DNA of 64,000 nt from a virus. The position numbers and the translations under genes are program-made. The notes under the pieces were generated by a model. That model searched no databases and was not told the DNA's origin. It saw nothing but the letters and a program-made list of their open reading frames with translations. Of this stretch, positions 7,794 to 18,100 are shown one piece after another; within the stretch, counting starts at the first letter, position 1; every line of letters begins with the position of its first letter. The DNA is taken from IMG/VR virus record IMGVR_UViG_3300013117_000371; one strand, written 5' to 3'.

Positions 7794-8787
7794 GGTTTTG
7801 GCGGAAATGCTGAAGGAGGATACGGGGACACCCTTCTTGGACTCCGGAGGCACCCAGCAACCCGACGGGACATTCCTGCACGGCTATGGCCGCCATTGGC
7901 AACGCAACCAGGGGCGGGACTTCGAGCAGGAGCGGTGGGCGGGGGTCCACTTCAGGTATGGTGAAGTCAACTTCACCTACTCCATCTACCACTGGCTTAA
8001 GGAGCGGCTCGTGTTCAATGAGGAACTGGACGCAAACTTCCACGCCTTCTGCGAGCTCAGGGAGAACCAGCACCACGTCCCGAGCGGGGGTTTCCGACAG
8101 CAGCCGGTGACCTGGTTGGAGTGCATGAGGAGGTACATGCCCCACCTTGCCGAGTCCCGCCCGGAGGACCCCCCGCAGGGCATCTACGGGGACGGGGAGC
8201 CCATGCTCATCTACACCTACAACCATGAGAACCTCCTCTCCCAGGACATCCAGTTCATGTACTGGGAGGACGATGATGGGGGGCACGTTCTACTGCAAGT
8301 GCACGGAGGGTGTGACGCTAGAGGGGGCTTGACCAAGCCCCGGGCGTTCGACATCACCCTGTGCGACGCAGTGAGCTTCCTCGACTACGCCGACGCCCGC
8401 ATCGGGTGTAGCCACGACTGGAACCACCACTGGTACTCAGAGAGTGGGTACTACTGGACCGGGGACGATGTCTTCGACCTCAGCGGGTACGGGCGGGACG
8501 ACGAAGATGTCCCCATTGTCAACATCGAGGAGCTCTTGGAGGGCGAGCACGGATGGGCGAAATTCGCCGGTGACCACCCCCTGAAGAGTTCCGCAGAGGC
8601 GCTGTTCGGTATCTACCGTGAACGGGCGGTCCCTCCCGAAGGCGCCTGCAGGGACGGGCAAGCCTTCATGGCTGCTTTCCTGGGGCTGGTGGAGGTCTTG
8701 TTGGTCATCCAACCGAAAACCATCTACACAACTGCCGAAGGCATGGGCGCCTGCCCGGTTTGCGGCAAAGGAATCCTCACTCCCTGA
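7732..8787 (+). CDS. conserved phage hypothetical protein (ML.E.TG..FLDSGG..YGR.W.RNQ type) with C-terminal zinc ribbon
   Basis: N-terminal motif recalled from phage proteins of unknown function; CPVCG at the C-terminus; start uncertain (7732 or 7807). Confidence 0.7.
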   Translation: MNAGKDSTTTTSGPLLSKTAEVLAEMLKEDTGTPFLDSGGTQQPDGTFLHGYGRHWQRNQGRDFEQERWAGVHFRYGEVNFTYSIYHWLKERLVFNEELDANFHAFCELRENQHHVPSGGFRQQPVTWLECMRRYMPHLAESRPEDPPQGIYGDGEPMLIYTYNHENLLSQDIQFMYWEDDDGGHVLLQVHGGCDARGGLTKPRAFDITLCDAVSFLDYADARIGCSHDWNHHWYSESGYYWTGDDVFDLSGYGRDDEDVPIVNIEELLEGEHGWAKFAGDHPLKSSAEALFGIYRERAVPPEGACRDGQAFMAAFLGLVEVLLVIQPKTIYTTAEGMGACPVCGKGILTP

Positions 8788-8819
8788 CTCGCTATTGCTC
8801 AGGGTGGGTTTGAGGACCC

Positions 8820-8861
8820 GGGAGGGGGGGTTTTGGCATGGCCCCCCTCCCCTTTTCCTTT
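8820..8861. terminator. intrinsic terminator at the convergence of early and late regions
   Basis: 10-bp stem GGGAGGGGGG (8820-8829) / CCCCCCTCCC (8842-8851), 12-nt loop, followed by CTTTTCCTTT. Confidence 0.7.
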
Positions 8862-8870
8862 AGCTTCGAC

Positions 8871-11800
8871 TTACGGGAAGTCTACATCTTCTTCATGGTA
8901 CCAGTCTGCGTAGGACGTCGTCAGGGGGATCGGGAGGGAGAACCGCTGAGAGACTTCGATAGCTTCGTACTCGGCGTGGTGGAGCCACACAATCATATCC
9001 GGTGAGACCACCCCGCAGTACGACTCCAGCCAGATCTTGAGGCGGGTGCTCCCCAGGAGGGCTGGGACGGCAGCGCTCACGACCCCCACTGCGGGTATGA
9101 CGCCGTTGGGGTCAAACACTACAACAGCGCTATTACCCGCTCCTGGGTAGGTGGCTTTGGCTTCCCCCAAAATGGGGAACGTTCCTAATTTTCTGTCCCC
9201 TGTGCCGATTTCGTCGTACCACACGTACAGGAAGTCTCCCTTCGGGATCTGTGATCGGCGCAGAGAAAGAAGTGGATAGGTCCCACCAAGGGGGACGTTA
9301 CCCCACACGGCGAAAGGATTGGCAATGACCCCCAAGGAAGTAAGGGTCGGATCAAAGGCCAAGTTGAACACGACGACCCTCGCTCCCTCGTAGTTGTTCC
9401 AAAAGGCGTCTATATGGTCCCCTACTGCACGAATAGTAGTGGAGGGGAACCACACAGGGTACGAAGGACCAGCGTCACGGCCCAACCGGCTGTGGGGGAG
9501 GGTGAGGCCGGCCAGGCAATCCCGACCACCTGGGTTGTTGACGTCAGTCACCGCCCACGTTGCCTCAGCCGCAGTCAGGAGACTTCCCGAAGCTGCGTCG
9601 TACAAGTTGTACATCCAGGGCAACGCTGGGTCTTCCGGGTTCACCCCCGCCCAATCGTCCGGGTAGTGGCACACTAAAGTTTTTTCGGTCTTCAGGTCGT
9701 CATACCCTGACCGTTTCGTGAGCCCTCGGGCCACCCCGAACACGCCAATGTGCCGCATAGGGGAGGTCTCGACAAAGCCCTCCCGTTCAATGAATACTCG
9801 AAAAGTGGCTGAGGTCAGGTTCTCAGTGGGTGGGGGGACTACATTTACCGGGTCGTCTCTGGCGGAAAACTCCCACCACACGTTCTGCAATAAGGAACCC
9901 GGCACCGGGCGCTCGAAGGGCAAACGGATTACGCTTGTTCCCGTCGACGTATGAGTGTAAGACCACACTTCCTTTGTAGCCATCATGAAGAGGGCGGCCC
10001 CATCGGAAGTAGCGGGCTGCAAAGTGAACTGACCGAACCCATGCCCGGCAAAGTTGGGTTGATTGGCGAAGTACACCAGGGGTTTGACGTAAGACGTCCT
10101 GCGAGCACCGTCCGGCGCTGCTCGGTTGTCCTCCTCGTACGAACCTGGGAGGTTGGCTTTGAGGTCACCGGTAGTCCAAGGCCACACCAAAGTGTTCTCC
10201 GCCCCTGCCGCCAACAGGCCAAGCTCGATTGGGTGCGATCCCGCAATAGTGCCGTCCCAAAAGTCTGGGTGGCCGTACCCCACTACGGAAAAGCTGTCGC
10301 TGAAACCTACATCGGCATGGTGGACGTGGTTGGTATACAGCCTCAGGAAGAAGTCGCCCCGGTCTGTAGGCACGTAGGGGGAGCCTCCTGCCGAGAAGAG
10401 CCCCATGTACGCAGCGGGCCACAGGATTGCTTCTTCCATAGCCTTAGTCAGGTCGATGCTGCCGGCTGGGAAGTCCCGGGCGAAGTGCAAGTCCGTCACC
10501 CCGTCCATGACTTTGGCCCAGTCTCGGGTTACCGGGACGTAGACAACCCAACCATAGGCACCGAGCAGAGCTCCCAGCAAGTCGTAACCCCCCCGGATGT
10601 CCAAAGCTGCGTTGCCGTAGTAGTAGGAAGCGTGGGCATTGTTGTCCGGCGTAGTGAGCGAAGACAGAAAAGACAGGAAGTACCGGTGCGCTCCGTCCTG
10701 CCCCCGAAGGGGGGTGTCCAGCCAGTGCTCCGCCGCCATGTTGAAAATGAGGGGGGAGGAGATCGTCAAGTGGGGGACACCCGCAGCGTTTTCCTCCCAC
10801 TCGAACCAAGCCCCTGCGACAGTGTCGGTGATTGTCAGCATAGGTATGACAGCGCCGCCGGCGACGGGAGTGTGCAAAATATAGCCCAAACCGGCGCCGG
10901 CAGCCAACTCCATGTTCATCCAGTTGACCTGCCCCGAAAGGGCAGCGATGTGCACGGAGAAGTAGCGATCATCCGGAGGCGCTGAAGCGCTGTAGGTGTA
11001 CGCTGTGCTGATGTCCTTCCCGATCACTGACCAGTGGTACAAGGACCCCAGTTCCACTCCCAGCGACTCATACCCGGCGATAGGAACACCCTCGGTAAGG
11101 TCGGCTATGATGGTGCGGACTTGCCCAGAGGCCATCACATCGGCAGTGCGGATATACTCTCCTCCTCGCCGTAGCTGAGTAGCGTCCTGGACGTAGTTCC
11201 AATGGATGACATACATCTCATCGCCCGTCGCCTGCGCCCCAACGATGTTCTCAAAGTTGATCGTGATCGTCCCTGCAACTACAGCCACCGAAGTGACCAT
11301 GGAGTACATGTTCCGAGTGTTGTTGAAGAACATCCACTCCGTAGGGGTGGCCATCAAGCGAATCAGGTCGTCGTAGTCACCGCTTTGGGTGAACGACACC
11401 GACATTGGCCCTACGACGGTCACTCTCTGCAACGGGAAGCGAATCAAGGGGGACGGGATATTTTGGACTTCGCTGCGCTTGTGGTACCCCGTCATGGCCA
11501 GGTTGGGGATGAGCCCATCATTCATGATGGTGTGCGTCCACAGATAGCCTTTGGCCTCGTCCCCGGGGGTGAAAGACTCAGATAGGGTAGTACCGCGAGA
11601 GATCGTAATCGCCCCAGTTGCCGGGACGATGTTGTCGACGTGGTACGTTCCTATTTTGTCCACATCGGTGCATTGGGTAATGGTCAGTAGGACGCACCCA
11701 TTGTGCCGTTCGAACTCCCCTTCCCGGAAGACGGTGAGCTCCGGCGCAGTCAAGTTGGTAATGAGGAGCACCCCCCCACCTCCCGCCGTCATCTCCAGGG

Positions 11801-14432
11801 CAACTCCGGAAGAGAAGAGGCCGGCGTCGTCGTATAGCGGGTACCCGGAGGCGGCCGTGTAGAACAACGGGTCGGGAACAGCAGCGGCCAGGGAGGCCTT
11901 CATGTCCGACACTGCCGAGTCCCAGGTAACCAAGCGTCCATGCCGCCCACCAAGGAAGGCACCGTGGAACAGGTCCCCGGGAGTCGTGTCGTCCTCGTAG
12001 AAGGGCAGCCCCAACATGAGAGTGTCCGACTCTCCTCGAGTGTCGTCGTGGACGCTGTCGGCGTAGTGCCGTAACGTCATCACCGGCGCCAAGGCGTAGC
12101 TCCACCACCCGGTGAAGCTCTGCCAGGGGCGAATGGTGACGTCAGCGTAGTCCTTGTTATCCTCCTGGAAGATGAGGTTGTCCTGCTCCTGCCCGAAGTC
12201 CGCCCCCTCCCAACTGATCCGGGCGATGCGGGTGAAGTCGTCAGCAGTGGGCCCAGTGGGTGGGCTGGCCGGGTCGTAGATGCGGGCGTGGAGGAAGTCG
12301 ACAATTGGCGTCCCCACCCCTGCAGTATGCCCACTCCACCCCAAGAAGGCTGCTGCAGCATTGTCCGGGTGGTACTGCACACCCCCGGAATTGGCGTCCA
12401 GCGGCGGCGCGGAGAAAGTATGGTAGGCCTGGTGGCCATAGTTACCGGCCGTTATCAATTCCGCCGGAGGAGTCCCCACTGTGTATAGAGGCTGGAAGAC
12501 AACCAGGGTGTACCCGGTGTCCCAGTCCTGCACGTCCGTCTGGAAGTAGACGTCCAAAGACTCAGCAGCGCCGCCCGGTCCCCAATCACGGAGCTGCACG
12601 TAACCAATCTGGTAGTCGTCGGAGCCGGTCCGTTTCATCAACACGACGGAACCTCGACCATCGTGAGCGTTGTCCCTGAGCGCCAGGGGGAACAATTCCC
12701 CCGCAAGACCTCGGCTCAACAGCGCCCGTCGAGCGGCCATTACGGTCATATCCAAGCTGGACGTGACCTCGCCCACAAAGATGGCTGACAAGTAGGTAAG
12801 CGGGGCGTACCCGGTTGCCGGCGCCAGAGAGTAGCCGAGGGGGGTGTTCTCTTGCAGCAGCTCGCCCAGGTTGGGGACGTTACCGTCACCCGTGTCCCGG
12901 GCGTAGATGCGAAGCATGGTCCGGTTGACGTCGCCGGTATCTTCGGCTGCCCCCTCTTCCGTGTACAGTTCTACTGCGCCCCCGTCGATGTGGATAACCC
13001 GCCCCTTCCCGGGCGTACCGGTAGTAGGCTGCTCGTACGAAGCGCCAAAGGGATAATCCCGTTCCGGGTCCATACGGTAGATCCCGTCAAGGTCGGCAGT
13101 GTTGAGGCGTCGGTGAATACTCTCGATGCTGTCCGAAGGCGGGTACCTCCAATCGTACTCCTGGAGGTCTGCCACCCCCCACCCAGTGGTGAAGCCCTTG
13201 AGCTCCTTGATATGGCGCACAACTTGGGAGTCGGTGAGCACGGTGAGTTGGTCAGCGCCGAACAGAGTGATGGACTTGTCCAGTAGGCGGGTCAGGTCCA
13301 TCACCCGCACCCCTGCGCCGATGATTTGACCGTTGGTCACTGGGTTGACTGGGAAGTTGTCAGTCAAGGTGACCATGGGGTTGACGGCGCACTTCCCCAG
13401 GGTGCGGAATTGGATGGTCCCCAAGTTGGTGTCGTTCTCCACCATGACCGTGGGGGCCGCCTCCTTCCAAGCGTTTTCGATGGACCACTCAGGTAAACTC
13501 CCAGCCAGGTACAGGTCAGTGGACATGAGGGCGAGAACAACGTCATTGTCGGCAACTTCCACTACCAGGTAGGTGCCGTTGTTGTTGTCTGACCCTGAAA
13601 TGGTAGCGAAGATACCTGGCATGACGTGGTTGGGGCCTTGAACTTCATAGTCATCCAAGTTGCCGCAGGTCTCGCCCCCAATCATCCCACCGGCAAAGGT
13701 GAGCTGGTTAGCGATCACCCCCGTTACGATGCCGTAGTCGTCGGTTCGCTTGTTCCATACCACCCAACCGGCGACGACTGCGTCGGCGACAAAGTCGGCG
13801 GTGGCGTCCACCAAGGTAGTGGCGCTCCCCCCCGAAGCCGTCCCGGTGACCCGCTCTTCCACTGAAGAGGGGACGGACACCCCCCACTTGAACACACCGG
13901 TGATAGCGAAGGAGTTGATGACGTAGTCTTCAACATCTCCCCCGCCGTCGTACGCGGCAGTACCGTCCAAATGCTCAAGGTCGGAGATGAAGCAACGCAC
14001 CCCCACGAACTCTCCCACTTCGGGAATGACGATCTCCGCCCCGTCCTGGTCAAGCAAGTCCATGGTCGTTTCCAGTCCTGCCTGGGTGCCGGGGATGGCG
14101 ATGGGCCGATTGCTATACAGAGGCAACTCCGTAACGCCGATCCCCGCCACCACCAAGTGAGCGGCGTCGAACATGACCGTCCGCATGTAGAGGGCGGGCT
14201 CCTCCATTTGCAGGAGGATACGCTCCGTCTGGGCGCACATGGCCACAGCAAGGCGGTTCACTACGTCTGACGTTATATCCTCCCCATCGGCGACAAGGCG
14301 AGTGCCCACCGGCTGCGCTTCGGAGGGAATCCACTTATTTCGTTCGGAATCGACATTGGCCAATACAACCGAAGGGACCGTGTTCCCGATCAGCATGGAC
14401 AGGCGGACAAATTCAGCGAGGGGATCGAACAT
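8871..14432 (-). CDS. long tail fibre / distal tail appendage protein (1853 aa)
   Basis: Last gene of the tail operon, follows a collar-like gene; N-terminal GEDITSDVVNRL anchor-type motif; beta-rich D/T/G/V composition. Confidence 0.65.
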   Translation of the reverse strand: MFDPLAEFVRLSMLIGNTVPSVVLANVDSERNKWIPSEAQPVGTRLVADGEDITSDVVNRLAVAMCAQTERILLQMEEPALYMRTVMFDAAHLVVAGIGVTELPLYSNRPIAIPGTQAGLETTMDLLDQDGAEIVIPEVGEFVGVRCFISDLEHLDGTAAYDGGGDVEDYVINSFAITGVFKWGVSVPSSVEERVTGTASGGSATTLVDATADFVADAVVAGWVVWNKRTDDYGIVTGVIANQLTFAGGMIGGETCGNLDDYEVQGPNHVMPGIFATISGSDNNNGTYLVVEVADNDVVLALMSTDLYLAGSLPEWSIENAWKEAAPTVMVENDTNLGTIQFRTLGKCAVNPMVTLTDNFPVNPVTNGQIIGAGVRVMDLTRLLDKSITLFGADQLTVLTDSQVVRHIKELKGFTTGWGVADLQEYDWRYPPSDSIESIHRRLNTADLDGIYRMDPERDYPFGASYEQPTTGTPGKGRVIHIDGGAVELYTEEGAAEDTGDVNRTMLRIYARDTGDGNVPNLGELLQENTPLGYSLAPATGYAPLTYLSAIFVGEVTSSLDMTVMAARRALLSRGLAGELFPLALRDNAHDGRGSVVLMKRTGSDDYQIGYVQLRDWGPGGAAESLDVYFQTDVQDWDTGYTLVVFQPLYTVGTPPAELITAGNYGHQAYHTFSAPPLDANSGGVQYHPDNAAAAFLGWSGHTAGVGTPIVDFLHARIYDPASPPTGPTADDFTRIARISWEGADFGQEQDNLIFQEDNKDYADVTIRPWQSFTGWWSYALAPVMTLRHYADSVHDDTRGESDTLMLGLPFYEDDTTPGDLFHGAFLGGRHGRLVTWDSAVSDMKASLAAAVPDPLFYTAASGYPLYDDAGLFSSGVALEMTAGGGGVLLITNLTAPELTVFREGEFERHNGCVLLTITQCTDVDKIGTYHVDNIVPATGAITISRGTTLSESFTPGDEAKGYLWTHTIMNDGLIPNLAMTGYHKRSEVQNIPSPLIRFPLQRVTVVGPMSVSFTQSGDYDDLIRLMATPTEWMFFNNTRNMYSMVTSVAVVAGTITINFENIVGAQATGDEMYVIHWNYVQDATQLRRGGEYIRTADVMASGQVRTIIADLTEGVPIAGYESLGVELGSLYHWSVIGKDISTAYTYSASAPPDDRYFSVHIAALSGQVNWMNMELAAGAGLGYILHTPVAGGAVIPMLTITDTVAGAWFEWEENAAGVPHLTISSPLIFNMAAEHWLDTPLRGQDGAHRYFLSFLSSLTTPDNNAHASYYYGNAALDIRGGYDLLGALLGAYGWVVYVPVTRDWAKVMDGVTDLHFARDFPAGSIDLTKAMEEAILWPAAYMGLFSAGGSPYVPTDRGDFFLRLYTNHVHHADVGFSDSFSVVGYGHPDFWDGTIAGSHPIELGLLAAGAENTLVWPWTTGDLKANLPGSYEEDNRAAPDGARRTSYVKPLVYFANQPNFAGHGFGQFTLQPATSDGAALFMMATKEVWSYTHTSTGTSVIRLPFERPVPGSLLQNVWWEFSARDDPVNVVPPPTENLTSATFRVFIEREGFVETSPMRHIGVFGVARGLTKRSGYDDLKTEKTLVCHYPDDWAGVNPEDPALPWMYNLYDAASGSLLTAAEATWAVTDVNNPGGRDCLAGLTLPHSRLGRDAGPSYPVWFPSTTIRAVGDHIDAFWNNYEGARVVVFNLAFDPTLTSLGVIANPFAVWGNVPLGGTYPLLSLRRSQIPKGDFLYVWYDEIGTGDRKLGTFPILGEAKATYPGAGNSAVVVFDPNGVIPAVGVVSAAVPALLGSTRLKIWLESYCGVVSPDMIVWLHHAEYEAIEVSQRFSLPIPLTTSYADWYHEEDVDFP

Positions 14433-15100
14433 TAGTGCCTCCAGTACCAGAGGACCTCGAAGATGTGGTCGATGCCCTTCGGGAACGGCTCGAGGATGTT
14501 GTAGGCGATGCCTCCCGGCACGGACAGCCCGGAGTACTCGTCAACCGATGGCGGCCGGTAGGGATTGGCCAGAGAAGTCAAAGCCAGGATCTCACTGACC
14601 TCTACTGCCCCGGTGAGGCTCAACTCCGCCTTCTGCACCACGAAACGCAAGCAGAGCTCGGTAGCGGAAGGGAAGATGTACGGGTCGCTGGCGTCCGGTT
14701 GTGGGAGGGCCTGGGTCACGTACCTGTGGGTATACCCAGGTACGGCCGTAGCTGCTACGGGAAGGGGGGATTCCAAACCCCCTACGTTCTGATGCTCAGT
14801 ATAGGCCCCGCCGTTGAGTAATCCCCCGCTGCCGAAGGCACAGTAGCGCAGCACGTGGGGGTCCAAGGCGTCATCAATCGACCACGACCCGTCCCCCGGG
14901 TACTCAGCAAAGGGGTTGCTGCCGGTTCCCGCCACTGTAGGAATGGCCGGGTAAGAGGCAGCCCCCAAGCGGTTACGGAGGTAGGTTCTGCCCGGGAGGG
15001 TGACGATGTTGTGGCTCTCCCGTCTGGCGATGATCTTACCCCGTTCCCGGATGATTATCTTGACGTTCGATTCAACCTGTACTTCTTCTACGATTCGCAT
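14432..15100 (-). CDS. tail collar / fibre-attachment protein
   Basis: I.ERGK......SHNIVT..GR.YL motif typical of the gene preceding fibres; ends WYWRH. Confidence 0.55.
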   Translation of the reverse strand: MRIVEEVQVESNVKIIIRERGKIIARRESHNIVTLPGRTYLRNRLGAASYPAIPTVAGTGSNPFAEYPGDGSWSIDDALDPHVLRYCAFGSGGLLNGGAYTEHQNVGGLESPLPVAATAVPGYTHRYVTQALPQPDASDPYIFPSATELCLRFVVQKAELSLTGAVEVSEILALTSLANPYRPPSVDEYSGLSVPGGIAYNILEPFPKGIDHIFEVLWYWRH

Positions 15101-15117
15101 TAGAACCTCGCTTCCTT

Positions 15118-15146
15118 AGGCTAGCGCAACAACCCCTACCAGTCAA
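15118..15146 (-). promoter_or_regulatory. sigma70-type promoter for collar/fibre genes
   Basis: TTGACT-17nt-TAGCCT in a 46-bp intergenic gap. Confidence 0.5.
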
Positions 15147-18100
15147 CTATACAGAAAACGCCGCCGGCCAAGTAAAGCCGTTTCCGGCGCCGTCCTCCAC
15201 CCGTACGTCAACCTCCCCCGTAAGTCCGGGAGGAAGTTGGGCGGTCGCCTCCGACAACGAAACCACTACGACCAGGGGGGAGGGCGTACCATTGAAAGTC
15301 ACCACCAACCCAGCCAGGTAGAAGTACCCCCACAAGGTACACACCCCCGCTGCCACGGTCGGCCGCAGGGAGATGGTTGGCCTTGGGTCTTCCAGGGAGT
15401 AAGGGTGCACCGGGTAGTTCGGGGGGATCACTGACGCCGGGTTCACAAACTGGGCATGGGCCTGCGCTGCCGCTACAACCAAGAAGCCGCCTGGAACCTC
15501 CTCCGACACTCGGTAGTCGGCGTGAACCATCGGCCCCAGGTACTTTATGTCGTCAGCGTGATGTCCCGGCATCCCCGAGGGGGGATAGAGTTGGAACTCG
15601 TCGCCCGCCGCGTTGGGAGCAAACGCCGCCGGCGGCACCGGCTCCATGTTTGCCGTAAAGACAAGGATGTCCCCAACCAAGCTCGCTACCAACCCCCAGG
15701 AGTCCTTGGTCAAGTTGTGGACTCGCCAACCTACACCAACGTGTAGTCTGAGCAACTCTGCGGCGTCCCACACCAACCTGTCCGGGCCCCCGCCGGTAGC
15801 TGTATGCGTCATCAACTGGTCGAAGGGGAAGTCGAAGATGCTCCCGTACCCGGGAATGAAGTAGACTTCGTCCTCGTCGGCAGGGGTGCCTCCCCCGTGC
15901 ATGCCGTAGGCGAAGGTTACCCCCGTACCGTCCACTGCTGTTATCCAAGCGTAGTCACCCAAGGTGATGTCCACCATGACCCACCCTTTGTGCACCCCTG
16001 CCGCCTCTACGTCCACGGAGAGGGTGGCGGCAGTAGCCGCCCCGGCCCCGACAACGCCGGCGTCCACCTGCTCCCCCACCAACCAGTGGGAGGGGTCATC
16101 GAACATGAAGGCCGTGCCCAGAATCACCGGGTGGTCGGGGTCCTCAAACGAAGTGGGCACATCCGCCACCAACTGCTGTGTGCGGAACTCAGGCCATTCA
16201 GTAGGGAGGACGTCGTCGCTCACTTCCAGCTGGGAAACCAACACGGCGTCTTGCCAGGCGGGTTTCATTCGCCTGAGTATGGCCGCCGCCATATCTTGAG
16301 ACCCCACTTCGATGGCCTTCAACGTAGCCATGAAGGCGTGGTACTTGTCGAGATTGCCCACCAGCCCTGAGTAGGTCATCAAGAAGATAGCGTCGTCCCC
16401 GTCCAAATAGTCGCACAGCTCCGTCGTGGTCTGGAGGAGGTGATGCCTCTCGTACACGTCCCCTACCGCAAAGTCGTCAGGAGTAGACGTCTCTACGGCG
16501 TGGGTCCTGCCCCAGATGTCCAGCAAAGAGAGGAAGTCCCCGGACTTCTCCATGATTACCGAAGTTTCCACAGCGAAGGGGGAGCCGGCAATGACCCCAA
16601 GGCTACGCTCCAAGACGTCCTTCACCGGCCCGGTAACGGCACCGCTGATCAAAGCCTTGACGATGGGCACCAACGACAGCTGACTCGGGTGCTCGTCCAG
16701 GTTGGGCAGTCCTACAAAGGGCCCGTAGAGGCGGGCGGCTTCGTAATTGTAGAGCAGGGCATGCTCCGCCCACAAGTTCTTGGTCGGCAAGTTGGTGAGG
16801 CTGAACGGGGTCTGGAATACAATGCTGGTCCCAGAGATCGTGTAGTCCTCGTTGAGGACGTAGCACAACTCCGTGAACAACAATGAGCGGCGCAGAACTG
16901 GGACTTCGAACACCCGCTCCGGCAGCGGCACCTGAGACGTCCGGTAGGCCCCAACACATTTCACTGTGGCCCCATTGAAGTACCAGGTCACGGGCGGGTA
17001 GAAGGCAAACAGGTCGCCCACTTCCGAAACCACGCCGAGGTCGTCCTTCAACACTGCTATGTCATCGACGTAGAGGGGGCCGCTATCATCGGTGTACTGC
17101 ACCCTGGCGAAGTCGCTGTTCCTGGTGACGTTGCGCACTACCCAGTCCTCAGTCACTTGGTACAAAGTGTTCAGGTTCTTGTTGGCGAAAGTGATGGCCG
17201 GCCCGTCCACTGCCGTGGCTGTTTCCGTGCCTACTACCAGGGACGTCAAGGCGTCGTAGATGGAGAAGTAGAACCACCCCCCCTCCTTGGCGAAGATACG
17301 GGACAGGGCTGTCCCCCGAGACACCGCCGACGTCACCGGGTCGGTATAGGTCAAGTCCAACTCGAGGATGTCCCCGATAGCGAAGTCACTAAGGGAAGTG
17401 CCCAGGTTGACGTAGGAGAGGGCGTGCCACTCCAAAGGGGCGGTGACGTCCCGAAGTACCTTCCAGGGTGCTGCGTACGGCGCCGCCAGGGCGTCGCCGA
17501 GCACCAAGCTGTTAGTACTGGGGGTATCGACCTCCTTATACAGCCCCAGGGCATAGAGGTAATCCCCTGCCTCGATTTGGGCGCTGAACTGGGCGTACTT
17601 CGTAAGGAAAGCAGTGGAGGACTCCCCCTTCTCAGTGTACCCATAGAGCCCTTCGTCTATCAAAGTCTTGGCAACGAGGGCGTCATCGCAAGTGATGGTG
17701 CCCTCGTCCACTTTGGCGATAGTTGCGATGAAGTTCGGGCTCATCACGCCGATTTTCACCCCGGCGTAGTTGGCGGGGACAGCGCAAGTCGCTCGTGGAG
17801 TGGTGACGTCGCCGTCGTTGTCGTCCAACGGGGTGAGGTCGCCCACGATAACCCCCATGGGCACGACCCACTCGGCCTCAATGGGGGTGTCCAACTCCTC
17901 GTACATTTTGAACTGCATCCATTTGTGACGCAGGTACGTGGGCGCCCTATCCATGTGGATGTTCATGCGGTGCTGCACCGCCTGGAGCAGTTCGTTCGAG
18001 GTAAGGTGCGCCAATGCCCGCCAGGAGGCCTCCACAATGTCGCTGTTCGTCATCATGTTGAAGAAGGGCTGCGCTACCTGCTTCCTGATTGGGGAAACGT

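Noticed and set aside
8871-14432. Diversity-generating retroelement target in the fibre gene
   Set aside because: No reverse transcriptase and no template/variable repeat pair seen in the window.
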